From assembly GCA_030141605.1 (NCBI GenBank), contig JAQGDQ010000151.1, forward strand, positions 248,001 to 312,000: a DNA stretch of 64,000 nucleotides. The letters are read 5' to 3'. Positions 11,674 to 26,600 of the stretch are shown piece by piece. Each line of letters begins with the position of its first letter. Position 1 is the stretch's first letter. The notes beneath the pieces were generated by a model, which was not told the DNA's origin, did no database searches, and saw only the letters and a program-made list of their open reading frames with translations. The DNA comes from Tubiluchus corallicola (taxonomy: Eukaryota; Animalia; Priapulida). The position numbers and the translations under genes are program-made.

Positions 11674-14600
11674 GTAAATATTATAATGACTAGCCATACC
11701 ACGAATAAAATTTTGCGCACTATGTTAAATCATACAACATCCACCACATCACGCCACCCACATTTCACCACCTATACCACACCACAGTAACCACACCCAC
11801 CGTGTACATATATATATATATACCATATATATATATATATATATTTGCCATGACTGATATGGCAAACTTAAAATATTAACTGTTTTTACATTGCTTCACA
11901 CAAAGATATTGAATTTCAAGAATTTATGAACAATATTGTACTGCCATATTCCTACCACATGATATGCACATATTCCCACAAAATACAGTACATAGTATAA
12001 TTATTGCATAAATGTGGGGATACAATATTAGTGACACTATTGTCAGAATATTGGAAAAATGTTGTTAATCAATACTGGTACAATGTTGTGGCAAGTCTAC
12101 ATTTTCATGTAATATCCACACCAGCTGACAATATTGTCCTACTATTTTCAGAAATATTGTGTCAATATTGGTAAAGTATTGTCGTGTTACCTAGAATGTG
12201 TACAGCAATGTATAGTAAAGGCTATGTACTCGCATAGAGAGATGTACTGGCACAATGTGCCCTATCCCATAATGCCAGTAATAGTTTTTTTCGTTTATTT
12301 GATAAAAATTTAACTTTTTGATTGCTCAATAATTTCAGATTATCCATTTGCTCTGACCTTTACCACTGAATGTAGTTGCCTATTACCGCATGATACTCTG
12401 TGGTCGATGTGGTACAAACAACAAAACCAGGTTTATCCATCGTTCACTTGCAATTCCACTTGTGAAGGTGATAACACAGCACCAAAGCCAGCTCACAAGG
12501 ACAATAAGGTACCATTTCACATTTTGTGTTTCTGTTGTCATGAGTTATCTTTTAAGTTTTTAGTTTTACCTATAGACCAAACTATTCATTTTCTTCAAAA
12601 GTTAACCCATGCTCTGGGCCACATTATAATTTTTTGGGCCTAATCAAGTTGTACGTCCCCTCAGATAGAGCCACCGTGTAACTCGCCTATAAGGTAATCT
12701 GTGGCCTAATTGGTTGCAGTGCATCCAGTAATAATTGTGACAGGATGTAGATCTAGAGGGCGTCGCTCACAATAATTCGTGTATAAGAAAATACCTTATA
12801 TCGAAAGCATTTACAAAATTTATAACTTTATTTTTGTTTTGCACATTCATAATGTATTTGTGTTTTTGTATATATGAATAAGATAACATTGTGCAGTTGA
12901 TGGTGTATTGTTGTTAATGTGCTTTCTCTGTATAAGTGTGTGTATGTGCACTTAAACTTCATAACCAAAAGCATGCTTATTTACCCTTTTTGGCAATTGA
13001 TACATTTAAAATTACAAAATTAATTAATGCATACCAAAATGAATGACATTCTTTTGGAGATGGAGCCTGTTATCATTTTTACGAATAAAGTGGTTAGCAA
13101 ATGTTGGAATACTGTCATTTAGTAACATTCATAAAACTTATGACAGGCTTATAAACTTATTGTCCTTATCTAATAACGTTTGACGATTTTACAAACAATT
13201 ATTATGTACAAATCAATGTCTTTTGTAAAATTTATAAAAATATCAAAGTAGTGTTCAATAAAGTCTTCATGATCAACTTAAAAGAAATTTATATAATTTT
13301 TTGAGCTAAGTTAATAAAGGTATTTTTATTTTTTTAAAAATTACAGTTACCTTTGTGTTTTACAACATGGGTTTGATTGATTTAACAGAAAATCAAATGT
13401 AAAAGTATTTTAATGTAAAGTATTTGAGCAAGTGGGCTGATATACCCCTTGTCATCACATACATAAAAGCATCACTCATTTTTGAATGTAGGTGTAATTA
13501 TTGTTGTGTTGAACGAGTTTTCTTGACACACTTTTAGGCTTAGTTGCTACGTGATAAAAAGTACATCTTACCAATCTGCAGTGACTGTGAAATGAATGAG
13601 GTAGACCTAGCCTGGACCATGTGACTCGAAAAGTTTACACGTTTATAGCATTTTAGATTTGCAAAAAGAGACCTATGTAGATATTATCAATGTCTCTTAC
13701 AGAAGAAAGCAATCAGATGTAAATAAAACAAAAAAGTTGTTTGAAGGCCCAAAGAGCCTTATTTCCTATAGTTTATAGAATCAAGAATCGAGTAGTTTTT
13801 ATGAGTCCATTACTAGTTCAGCTAGAGCTAGTATAGAAAAGTATAGTCTGTTATTATATTTATCATACTTTAAAACAGTTTGTAATTGAACAACAAAAAA
13901 TAAATCAAAAAGCGAATGTGACAAATTTTTCTTTCGTCTTGATGAAGTACAGTATGTAAGCTCTTCATGCAGGTGTATAACACCAAATTTTTATTCTAAT
14001 TCAGTCACCTGCAAGTGTTGATAAGCGTTTTGCAGTGTTTGCAATATCTAAAATATTGTTTTGCTGTGAGTGGTTGTTTTAAATACGCCCAAGTGCAGGA
14101 TGAAAGGTTATTTCACAAAGTTCCACATTTTCAAACCTAGTCTTATATTTTTACAACGAAAGCCTTAAAGTGCACTCTGTGGTGTTTTCTGTTGGATGCA
14201 AAGTCCTCTTTGCTAATTAATTACTCATTAATTGGAGTTGTCTAATTACTCATTAATTAAACAATGCACTGTTAAAAAAACTTTGCCAGTTTGTTCGTAG
14301 GTGAGCCAACTGTAGAATAAGTTAAACTTGATTTTCGTGATATTGCTCATTAAGTTTTTAAAAGCCTCCTGCATGTACATGGGCTGGTTTTGGTTTATTC
14401 ACATATCTATGAATGTGCTTACGTTTTTCTTCATTGCTAAATGTTGTTTTCTTTTCATGCATGCTGCTGGATGTTCAAAAAATTGTCCAAATATGATGAA
14501 TTGCAAAATGCGATACCATGTTCCACTTCTGGACATCTACACAGAAACTTCTCGAATGCTATTCAACCAAAAACTGTGGTACTTGTGGTGGATTTCAAAC

Positions 14601-17600
14601 CGTTGGTGGAATCCGAAGCCAATTTGCAAGCCTATATCTAACTTGTGCCAGTGAACCATATTTTCTAAAAGGTAACAAATGGGTAAAAAACTGTTAAAAA
14701 AGTACAAGCACTTGAGTTAATAACTTATAGTAAGTCCTTGCTTAACAACGCTAATGCATTCCAGCATAGCATTTAAGCAAAACATCGTTAAACGAAACCA
14801 AGATTCCATAGAAAATTGTAAAAGAATTGAGATACGTACCAGAGGCAAAAATCAATGCTGCTTTAAACATTTCTTTTAATTTAACGATTAATTTCTTTCT
14901 GCTTGCTTGAAATCAGCGATCTTTCTTACCAATATTTAGCAGTTCAATTCAGTGGTTAAACACTGTATAGTGAAAGCCAAGCCCTGGGCAACCTTGAGAC
15001 ATTTTCTTCTAGATACTCAATCTGGTTTTTATAGGTTGTGGGCAAAATTCCTTCTCCTAAAGTTTGCCCTCAGGTGCCTGGAGGCGTATAATCGTATTAT
15101 GCTCGATACAAACAGCTAGCATTTAGTAGTCAGTCATGGAAAAATGCATAATAATTTAGCTGTTTTACATTACTAGAGCATTTTTGAAATATAATAATGC
15201 AGTATGCGCTGTTTTAATGCTTCAAATATGGTAAATAAAAATGACTTTGTGCAAAATAAAAAGAACATCGTTCAAATAAAACAAAATGTCGCTAAGTGGG
15301 GAGCTGTTAAGCGAGTACATACTGCACTAAACTCCAGTGGCAATCGTGCACAATATCTAAGAATTCGGTATCTCATGTTACTTTCTTCAATTTTTTTAAT
15401 AATACAACCAACTATTTGTGTTAATGTCAAGTCGCAGTCATTTTTTTAATATAACTATCAGTATAGCAGAGGCCTCATTTTGCTTACAGGTGTCAATAGT
15501 AGGGTTGGGGTTATTTTCGTCCATGTGTGTTTTAGGGTTAGGTTATTTCCATCTAGGGTTTGGGTTATTTTCATCTCTGTGTAGTTTTAGTTCATTAAAT
15601 AATTTTTTATTGCTTAAGTTCTTTTTCACTCCTTCGCATAGAGTAAGAATAGTCCTAACTCTAGTTTGTTGAGATCAATTTAGGGTTGAAAATTTTTTCT
15701 CAAGTCGAATTCGAACCTGCAACCTGTTGTGCACAAGTCCTCCACTTACCCACTCGTTCATGGAGACAACACTGGGTGTGCAGGTGTTAAATGTGGTATT
15801 ATACTTTTCCAGACACATTTAAGATGACTTGAATGATCTTACTATTAACAAAGTAATCGAAAATATAGTGCAAGTGCAGTGCTAGATGTTGTTACACGCT
15901 ACAATTATATCAGTAACCAGACAAATGCCAGACAAATGCGTGCATAATAAAGTAGTATTTATTAAACTAATTAGGAACTTAAACAAAGAAGATCAGAGCA
16001 GCATGACAGTCTAGAATGCAGAACACTGCTAAGCAATCACCAAGATCTTTGATCTACATAAACCATATCTATGGTATTGTTACAGGTGTCTCATACCACA
16101 ATGCTGCTTTTAAATAAGCCTAGAATTACACGACTTGTTATTTTCGGACTGTTCACTAATTCCACACACAGTATTAAATTTTTCTTCATTTATGAAAGCC
16201 ACTATGATAATAATTATATTTTGATGCTGAAATCAAAGGATGGCTCGCTCCGTCGGCAGTTAAGTACCTGCAATATATGTCATCTTCTGTAAGCTGCAGC
16301 TTACATCATGATCAGTCGATTTACACTTGTTTTATTATACCGCCGAACCAATTGCAGAGCAACTTACATCTATATTGTGCACAGTGCACAACGTTTTTAC
16401 ACTAAAATCGTTAATGCAGAATTTTCTACTCAATATAATTCATTAAAAGCTGCCACTAAACATTCTAAAGTTTATAACCCAGAGAAAATATTTACCTGTG
16501 TGCTGTAACTGCTACTATGAAAGCGGGTGCAGGCTCTTGGGCCAACCCACTAAATCCATGCATGCATGCTTTGGAAAAGCAAGCACAGTTCTTGAAAGAA
16601 GAAAAATGTTGAGGAAGTTTTGTGGGAAAGAGACGTTCACTAGATAAAACAGGCTGAGTGCATATTGAAGTTTTCTTAACCCCCTCGTTTTGCAAGAACA
16701 ACCCATTGTTTTTTTTAGTTTGAAATTATGCGACTCTTCCACGCATTGTCATCACCCGCAATTCTTCCGTGTTGTAGACTGTAGATGCAAGTTATATCTC
16801 TTAGTCTATTACCACCCAAACTATTGCATTATTGAACATTAGCCGATGGATCTAATAGCTTTGTCATAGCGCACGGTTTAAACTTTGTGCAAATTGTTTT
16901 GCGTGGTTTCGCTATGTTGCTGTGCTGTTGATGTTGCAGGTGTCGTTGCCATTATCATCATGATCCCCATGTGATGCGGCCGGTTTGATGTGAAGTGGTA
17001 TGGTAGGTGTGTTGGGTGTGATATGTATTATGGTGTAGTATTGTGTGATTGGTTTTGTGTATATGGGTGGTGTGGTGTGGTGTGGTGTGGGTGATGCGGT
17101 GTGAGTAAAGCGGCAGGGTGACAGGATGTGAGTGGTGTGGTGTAGAGTAGTGGGGTGTGGGTAGTGTTATGTGTGGTGTGTTACGGGTACTGTGTGTGCG
17201 TGGCGTTGGTGAAGATGTGAGGGTAGTATGCTGGGTGTGGTATGGTAAGACATGGGCTTATGTGCAAATTTTTTGGCTGGATTGGCTAGTTACAATAATT
17301 ACAGATGGTTTGTAATGAGTGCCATCTACAAACCAAAAAATGCACAAAAAAGTAATAGTAATTTGGCTGACTGCTTGCACTTGTAACTATTTTTCCTTTT
17401 TTGGTTGTAGTTGATGATATAGCTTGTATCGAGTGATAAATACTAGCCAACAAGCATCAATTTGACATGTACTAATCGAGGAATGATCTTTCTTCTCAAT
17501 ATGTCAAATGTCAAAATTAAGATCTGTTTCTCACTAAGGCCTAGAGCAGATCAGCACAATTACGCGATTTCTCGTTTGCTCTAGGTTTAAAAAAAGGTTG

Positions 17601-20600
17601 CGAAAAATGCAATTTGACTGACCGTAGAAACTGTATTATTTAGGATTTTTGTTGTTTGTTTTAGTTCTAGCAAGGAATTCCTCTTGGACTTTTCACTATC
17701 GCCAAGAAGTACATTTTCTGGTCTATAGTTTGGAACTTTGTGTTATTGACCGTTACTATGACATTGAGAAAGGTTTCAATTTGACATTTGAAGTTAGTTT
17801 TGGCGACGGAAAAAGTTTTTTTCATTCTCAAGCTGAGCTACAACACATCAATGGAACTGAATACTATGGACAAAAAATTTCAAATTTTCCAAAAGACTAT
17901 TTTAATCATTACATGGGAAAGGAGTTCACTCACATCTACAAGAAGCATGGTATTTTTGCACTAACCCTGACACAAAAGTTATATACTTTTGAATACTGGA
18001 AAACTTCTGTAAGCATAACAGTTAACTGCATAGGAGAAACACATATTGTTGATGCTGGTGGTATCACTAAAGAACAGGCCAAACAACACCCTTACATTGT
18101 TTCCGACGCATTTACGATGAAGTCGAATCTGTATGTTTGTCCTAGTGAGATATCACGATATTACACATGGAAATTGTATAATATACCTGAAGCTGGACAG
18201 AAGCGAATTCCTGTGGTATTGCAAGACTTTAATATTACCACGAATAACTCTTATATCACAATACCGGAATATACTTTACTACCTGGATTTTACATTGCCA
18301 ATGTTACTATAACAGTGGAGACGGACATGCTACAGAGTTCAAACGGAGACGAGGTAATATTATTTTCAAACGTCTTATTCATTACTAACAATATCTTATT
18401 CTGTTTATATGATGTTCATTCATGCCTCTCCCTCTCCAAGCCTTGATTAGTGCTCATTTGGCAACCCCCAGTCCAGTGGCATTTAAACCTCGCCTTTTGA
18501 GCAGATAAAATTCTTGATCCTTAGCTACTCACTCAAGGGTCACATGAGCATGACTCCTACGTTTGTGTGGTGTGTGCGACACTTTGAATGTTTACAGTTC
18601 GAATGAGCTACACACTAGGAGTCTAAAGGTTTCACCATTTCCGCGATTCGCGGCAAGTAATTGCATGAAGTACGCAGCTCATTGATGAGTGTAACGTGGC
18701 TAGTGGTACGCCTAACAGAAAGATATGCAGATGATTGTATTTTGCAGTGATTGCTTGGTGTTACACAATGGTAGTACTAGTAATAATTAATCCCCGCCTA
18801 TGAGACCGTAGGCTGCGTCGAATTGGTAACGATGAAAACCTTGATCGACCTTGACCCTTAGCCAAAGTGAGGTAAAAAATTTCTCCAGGAGTGTTTGCTC
18901 ACATTTTTTATGGTGATGCGCACAAGGAAAAATTTTCAAACAAGTAGCAATTAAATATTTTTGGATTTGCTATTCAACCATGTCTTTGTTTTGTTGAAAA
19001 GAATTATTCATGCTTTTACAAAACACGGGTGCCAGATGTGGGGTAACTTCAGTTTTTTATATAGGCAGAATTTTGCAATTTACTTTGCAGTATTTTTCTT
19101 TCTGGTAGCACCATGTGTTTACTTTCAAAACTCGTAAGTGCTGCAAACCTCCAATTTGGCCTACAGTTCTACAAAGAGACTTTTTTATCGATCTGGTGAG
19201 GAAATTTCATATTAAAGTTTTTGGACATTCTTCACTTACTAATATGGCGGGAAATTAGCTATACAGGTGACTAAGCTTGAAGATGATGAGGATGAAATTT
19301 TAGAAGAGTCAGCAAGTGAAGACGCAGTGAATGTCTTAGAATTACACCGTGAACATTACTAGGCTAGTATAAAAATTTTCTCAAGACATCGAAAACCAAG
19401 TATAAATTAGTTATCAATGTTTCTGACGTCGTCAGAAGCTCAAGATATTGTGGACAATAGTTATAAAATTGGGCCGTAAAAATAAAGAGGCGACAGCCTT
19501 TTTTTGGAAGTTTTTTTACAATGAAACCTTGGCATTTAACTGTTCAGCCCATCACCCACTGATCAAAGGTCAACCAATCTTGCCATAACTTATATCATTT
19601 AGTTTGTTTCATTGAAATTTTTTATTTAATATACTGTAAGCCAGCTTTGCTTAACACTGGAAGGCACTTGTCACTTCAACTCTTATTTTGTCCCCTAGTG
19701 GTGTCGCAGGTTAGCCATTCTCGTTGTAATTTATGGCATTCGATTCGCCCCATCGAGACCTTTTATTTGATGTGCTACATAGTACTGTTCGCATACACTC
19801 GATGCATTTCTGTTCCCGACTGGCAAAAAAGTTGGAAAGTCTAGAATATATTACATATTCAAAAATTTTGCAATGGGGGACAGTTATGAAATAGGACTAT
19901 AGTTTGTAATATGGAAGAATTTTCGAACAGTTTATTTTAAATTCATAGAATAGATTGAAGGAAAAGTTTTCATGGATATACAAGCCTACTCCCCTAGCAG
20001 CAGTTTTAGAATTTATATTTATAAATGAATAATTAGGCAAATTACAGATAAAATAGGCATTATCTTTGTGGCGTGTCTCTGTTACAGCTGGTTTTTGTGG
20101 AAAGTGAGCTATATGGTCAAGCATGTCGGAGAAATACTTATGTAAACTGTTGCTGTTAAAATGGACGAAAGTTATGTCTCTCGATTCTGTGTTAAATTTC
20201 TGATCTTCTAATAAAGTTTGAATCTTGTGATATTTACTATCATAATGAGGCATAAAATTATCTATGTCATACTGATCAGAACTTACATGATTTAAAGCAG
20301 AAAACTGTAGAAGAGAGTTAAAAGTTTCACAGCACACATAGCAGAAGAAGAAAGCAGTTCGGGTAAATCCTCAGTGTCCACACTTTGAAAAGGAAAAAGA
20401 TCGTTAAAACAAGCTAGACAGTAATATGGATCAGTAGATAATCCTAACTGTTGATTTGTGAGTAAAGTAAAACGAAGGTGGATCCAACGTTCACACAGAT
20501 CACGCCAAATACAATTGTATTTTTTCGTACAATTTTTGAAATAAATATTGCATAAAGTTTCCAGATTTGTAGTGATGACTAGACTTTGGTCGGGTAACAA

Positions 20601-23600
20601 TTATTACTCTCTAATGGTTACCAGCAAGATTAATAAGTGGGTCTAGTTAGTTCAAGCACTACATGTAGGCATATTGACAGCAGCCAAATTGTTCAAATCC
20701 GTTTGATTTTTGATTTTTATTACTTCAGTGTTTTCTGTTTTTCTTAGTAGGATTTCTCCTGATCTTGTCCTGAGGTATTTGTAGTTTTGCTGCTTTTTGA
20801 AGTCCATACAGTTTTTGTATAGTCTTCTCCTCCTTTCGGTTAGCCATTCGTTGACAAGAATTTTGTTTTTGCTGGTAAAACCAAGAGCATCTGTAGAGGG
20901 TACACTTTTGCGATGGTTGTACAATTGATCACGTACATTTCTTCGTGTAAATTTCACGATAATTGGCACAGATCCTTGAACGAGTCTATGTGAGATGCTG
21001 ATGTCAGCAGGTTGAATTCTGACTCGTACACAATCACCTAGGGCCATAACCAGGTCATCAGTATTTGCTTCTTCCCTATGTAAGTGACATACATAAATAT
21101 AACTTCACTGTAGAAATTAGCTTACTACTCGGGATTGCTCAAACAAACAAGGGATTGATGTGCGTCTTGGTTTACTGCTAAAAATGTCACCATTGAACAT
21201 TTTTTCTGAAGAAATTCTGTGGTGGACGCCCGTGCGTCTGAGCCACTCACTCACACATCACAACTTTCATTTAAGGATATATGTAGTGCCCACAAAAAAT
21301 GATTTACATCATCTCCCCAAGTTTCATCATCATGTAATGCCAATCTTGGTTAACAAAGTAAATGATCAATGAAATGAACAGGATTTTTTTAAGGATATAT
21401 AGTGACATTGGGTAATGTAGCAAATATCACAAATGCTCTTTAATACCTGTATAAATCTCTGTATAAGGTTATTGAATGATAACAGCTGATATAAATCTTT
21501 GTTATGTTAGATTGTGTTCCATAGAAGTCATTGATTTCTGTGATTTAGAAATGGATACTAGTTGATAGGAATCCTATAGTGGCTGCAATACTCAGAGGTC
21601 ATTACAGGATAGCAGCATGGGAGAAAGCATTCACCATGGATGCCTCACCTTCTTATGATCCTGATGTTAAATTTTCTGCTGGAGAAACAAACCAAAGTCT
21701 TCTGTAAGTGACAGTAAGTGACAAAAAACAGGCCGAAATTTGAGCACTGCTAACTGCCTAATTATGACTTCAAAAAAATGACCAGAGTTTCAGCAAAATG
21801 AATGGGTGTCTGTAGTCTAAACTATACGAAAAGGCTATGAAAGAATCATTGCAGTTGAACAGGCACTAAGAAATGCCAGGGAATACACTGGCAGAAACTC
21901 TCAGCATAGAAGAAAATATACTTACTTTTTTAACTTGAACATTGTTTGAGGCATTACTACTTAAACATTAAATTAATTACGCTTCTGATACTTGTAAGTA
22001 ATGTATTAATTTCTAAAATTATTCAGCCTTCTTAAATATCCCATTATTTTTGTTTGGTGAATTTAAACCCCTTCCTTGATGTTCAGACAAATCATTCCCT
22101 GTCTCATTCGCATGTTTATTGAGGATCTCATAGTAGGAGTTTCTTAAAAAAATTTGTGTCTGGTTGTTCAAACGTGATAATTTGGGTGCGTGGCTTGACA
22201 ATTTAGCCGTATAACAATTTGAGCTTAGCTGTTCTATCTTTGACTTATTGTATTTTATTTAATTTTTTTAAAATACAGAAAATATCATCAGCAAATTGCT
22301 TCGCAATTATAAATGAAGGTTTCCAAAATTTGGATATGTAATATTGCATAGGTGTATTATGTTCAGATAGTTATATGGCTATCTTGATTAAGTTTATATG
22401 TTGTAGGCGTAATCATTCACTTGTAACAGAATCAACTTTTCTGCTAATAATTTAGTTGCATAAACCAGTTTTGCAGTTTTTCTTCTGCGTTAGTTAAACT
22501 TGAACTTTAGTTATGCAAGTCTGTTTAAAACGTTGATAATCAATAGCATTCCACCCATCGCAAAGGAAGTTTGTACTACATTTTCCGATTTACATTCTGG
22601 TTTTGATCTATTCTCAAAACATGATGTCAATCCATCTACAAATTATCACAGTTTTATAGCGTGTTATCACAGTATGCATGAGTATGTGGTTATGTTATGC
22701 CATTCTTGTTTGTTATATTTTCGTAATTTTGGTTTTTTAGTTACACGTGGTATTGCTATCGTGGCACTGACGAACGCATGCCTAAACCAACTGACCCAGG
22801 CTGCTACGCCAATCATACTGTTCAGCTTCCTTATCACAGTAAGTGAATAAAGCAATAAATTTCTTTGCTGATTTGAAATTCAACTGCACCATTTCAAGCT
22901 CAAAATTGCACAGCAAACATTCATTCATTCTCAGCAAAAATCAAAAATCAAAACAGCACATTAAAAAATCAAAAATGCAAGTAGAATACTGCTTGCGTAG
23001 TAGGTCTTCGAAATAAAAGAGTTCTTTTTATTTTGTTATCTGTAAGCCACTCATTTTTCCTTATTTATCAAGTTTTGTTTATCAAATTTCTGCAATACTT
23101 ACAGAACATTGTTGGAAATCAACCGTTTATTTTTTGTTACTCCAATTTTGAAGACTTATTGACTCCAAAACTAAAAGAGCTAGAATCACAAAACTTTCCG
23201 GTTAGACACTATATATAAGACGCTTGGGGCAGGTGAGAAGACTGTGGTCTGATGAATGGTGACCTGATGTCAAAGGGTCAAAGATACTGGACATTGGTCC
23301 GTTTTTGGATTAGTACTCTATTCCTCGTAGAGCTTTAAGTTGAATTCAATTTTTTCACAGTTATTTAGGTCTTGCACAGTAGATGTGCATTAGGTATTTT
23401 TTATAAATTCTTGTAGGAAAGTTCGAAGACAGGCGCCAAAACGTGAAAGGTAGGGCAAATAGCCTTATCATGCAAATTACAGTATTCGACTAGAAGACAA
23501 CAAATTGCACAAAGTGTGTAGAATTGGAGAGGCGAGAGACTAGAAAATTAGCAAGTCAACCACCCCTATGTAACTTGTATTTTAAAGGACTGCAGAATGC

Positions 23601-26600
23601 ATGGCTCAGTTTAAAATGTGCAGTCAGATTTTAAACGTAGCAAATGAACAAAAGCGAGCATTAATGCAGTTAACTTATGATAATAAACAAATAAACAAAT
23701 AACAGTGACTAATAAACAAAAGCAATTAAATTTAGAAATTACTTTAGATTTGGCAGGATGAAATCTCGTTCCATTCAAATATGCCCACAAAAAAGTGAGT
23801 CAAGATCGAACTGCAGTTGCTTACATTTTAAATCTGTGCCAGCTATACTCCTCATGATAAAGATGTTAATGCAAATTTTAAAGATCTGTATAAAGTGGAT
23901 TGAAATGTTCTTTATGTTAGGTAACAGAGGATTCTACTTCACATCTTTTTGAATGCAAAGCTGTGTGTATCAACAAATTGGGTCTATCCATGCTAGATAT
24001 AAGTGAATAGAGATAGATAAAATTACTATTGACTAGGATGTATGTTAACGAGCAGTTGAAACAAAAAATATAGTTAAAGACGAGTGAAAAGTAAAGACAA
24101 GTTGACGTAAAAGATATTTGGTGAGATTCGTTTAATAAATTAATCGTGTTTTAATCTCGAAAACAGACACTTTTTTATGTATGTTTGCTCGCCACTGGTG
24201 GTGATAAGGTTAGAATGTAACTACGGTATGCACGGTAACTGAAGCTATATGCAACTATAACCAAAACACCTAAATACAGCTTTTTACTAAAAAATATTAC
24301 AAGAAATGTAACGCGCTTAAGAAAATACTTTAACAAATTTTTCAACAAAACACAAGGCACGGCGTTGAGTGAAAGTGAGGAAAATGAGAGGAGATTTTTT
24401 AGTCTCTTATTATTAGATCGCATCGCTCAAAGAGACCTACGAGTCTCTTTTACGAGTGGCATTAAAAACGTTTCTACGACAGTTTTGAGATTCGTTAAAG
24501 CAAAACCGGATCTTAAACTTTAGGTCAAAACAATCTAGTCTCTAAAATATTGAAAGAAAGCATACTATTTTTTTTGCAAAAATGACTTACGTGAAAGAAT
24601 TACATGAAACGTTTCGTTTTATTGCTACAAACATTTTATGTTTGCTCCGCTAGCTCTTCGCTGTTACATGCATTTTGCCATTCGCTAGTTAGATGGCACA
24701 GCACCTGCATTTCGGAAATGCATTGCACAAAAAACTGGCGCAGTATCTCTTAATTCAGATGTGTTAGTTTGTGACAAAGTACACACGTTTGACAGCTCAT
24801 GCGTGAGTATTGCAGTAATTTTAAAATTTGAATTTTTATATTAAAACTTGCCTAGTTTTAGTACAACATGCTGAATATCTTACAGTAGCACTGTACTTCA
24901 ATTTTCGCTTTCGCAAACATGTGCAACACGCTGGTGGGATACTTTTGTTGTTGTAAATTATGTTAGCTTGTGACATCATGAATAGTTGAGCTCGCCTGCC
25001 ATCAACGCTTTTGCATTATTAATTGTCTTAAACTGTACACTTTTTATACGACTTGAAAAAGGGATAATATATGAAAAATCATCCAGTCTTCCTTTAATTG
25101 CACACCTAACTTACGCATGCTTAACTTTGCTTGCAAGTGAGTTACACCTAAATCGCTTACATATGCGCCGCTTAAGCTTATGTTCTGTGTTAGTCAAATT
25201 GACCGCACTCTAATACTAGAGATTAGGACATTGGAATTTCCTAAATGTGATGTGGAGTTTTAGTTTGCGCATTATGTTTTTTAGTGCACCTTCGTGAATC
25301 GCAAATACATAATTCGTATTTAGCATACGTAAATCGTTCGTACACACAACGTATGTGTTCAGTACGCTACACGAATCCTGGCCCCATGAATGTTGCTTTA
25401 ATCGTAGAATGTTGTTCAATCTTATTTTCTATTTGTTTTACAACTATTTTATCCATCATGCGAAAGAGCGGTTGTAAAAAAATTTCAATTCGGTAATGAT
25501 GTGAATTCTATTCGTTGAGAGATCGCTGTAGATTTTGGAAGACGGCACAGCTATTACAAAACACATACAAGCAGTACATACATACTACCACGCAGTCAAT
25601 TTAATGGACTCAAATTGCACACCACAATTGCTCTTCAAACTTTATTAAAGTCATCAAACTTACCATCTGAAGAAAACTTTATCTCCCAGTTAAAATATAA
25701 GTCGACATTTCCGGATCTTGAAAAAAGTTTTAAGATGCACTTCTCAAATGAAATAATAGCATGTTGGTGTATACTGTATTGCATTGCACCTGTAAAGTGA
25801 CTGAGATTGTCTTATGTTGTCCTAGAAGCTGAAGACTAAACTTATATCTTGTTTAGGTGTGAGTTTTACTGTGCCTCCTAAAAGCTTAAAACAGTTTAGT
25901 ATTTACACATTCGTTGTTGAAGTCGGAAGAGCAAACCGAGTATTAACTCAGAAGGCAACGCAGCTTGTTGAAGTATTTCCTGGAGATCATCCAACTTTAC
26001 TCATCAAGTAAGTTTACTACCTTATCTATCCACCTTTGCTTAGGTCATTTGATTTTGATTACAGTCGAAATTCAGCGAGATCGATAGCTTCAAGGTATTC
26101 AATGTGGCCTTGATCACTGTTTCGCTGCCGGCGCTAATTGCTTTCAGAACTTGCTTTTTCACATAAAACATTAGTTTTTTTAGTTATTAGCTAAATCAAA
26201 CCAACGTATTGTGTAATAAGAAAAACAAAACCAATCATCTAACTTATTACTGCACTAGAAAAGTTGTTTTAATCAAAATTATTGTGACAACATGTTTAAA
26301 TGGTCTTTGTCTATTTACACGCTAAATGTTCTTTGTCGACCATACTGATCATACTGATTGCACTCTCATAACTAGAAAATAGGGCACTGGAATTTTCTGA
26401 ATGTGAAGTGTCCCGTTTTGCGCATCGTATTTTGCTTCATCTATGTGAACTGGGCTTTCAAGAATTTTATGAATTTAAAATTGCAAACACACTTAAAAGG
26501 AAATGTTTTTCTGAAAGTATTTCAAAATGTGTTCTTTCTTTGTGTCCCTAATAGAACCCTTAACCGTTTTATGAGGAAATCCTATGTTTGAAAAACCTTT

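Noticed and set aside
13611-13718. Alternative third WSC exon (PGPCDSKSLHVYSILD..)
   Set aside because: No pyrimidine tract, and its phase-0 end does not fit the phase-1 exon at 17665; 14545-14671 fits better.
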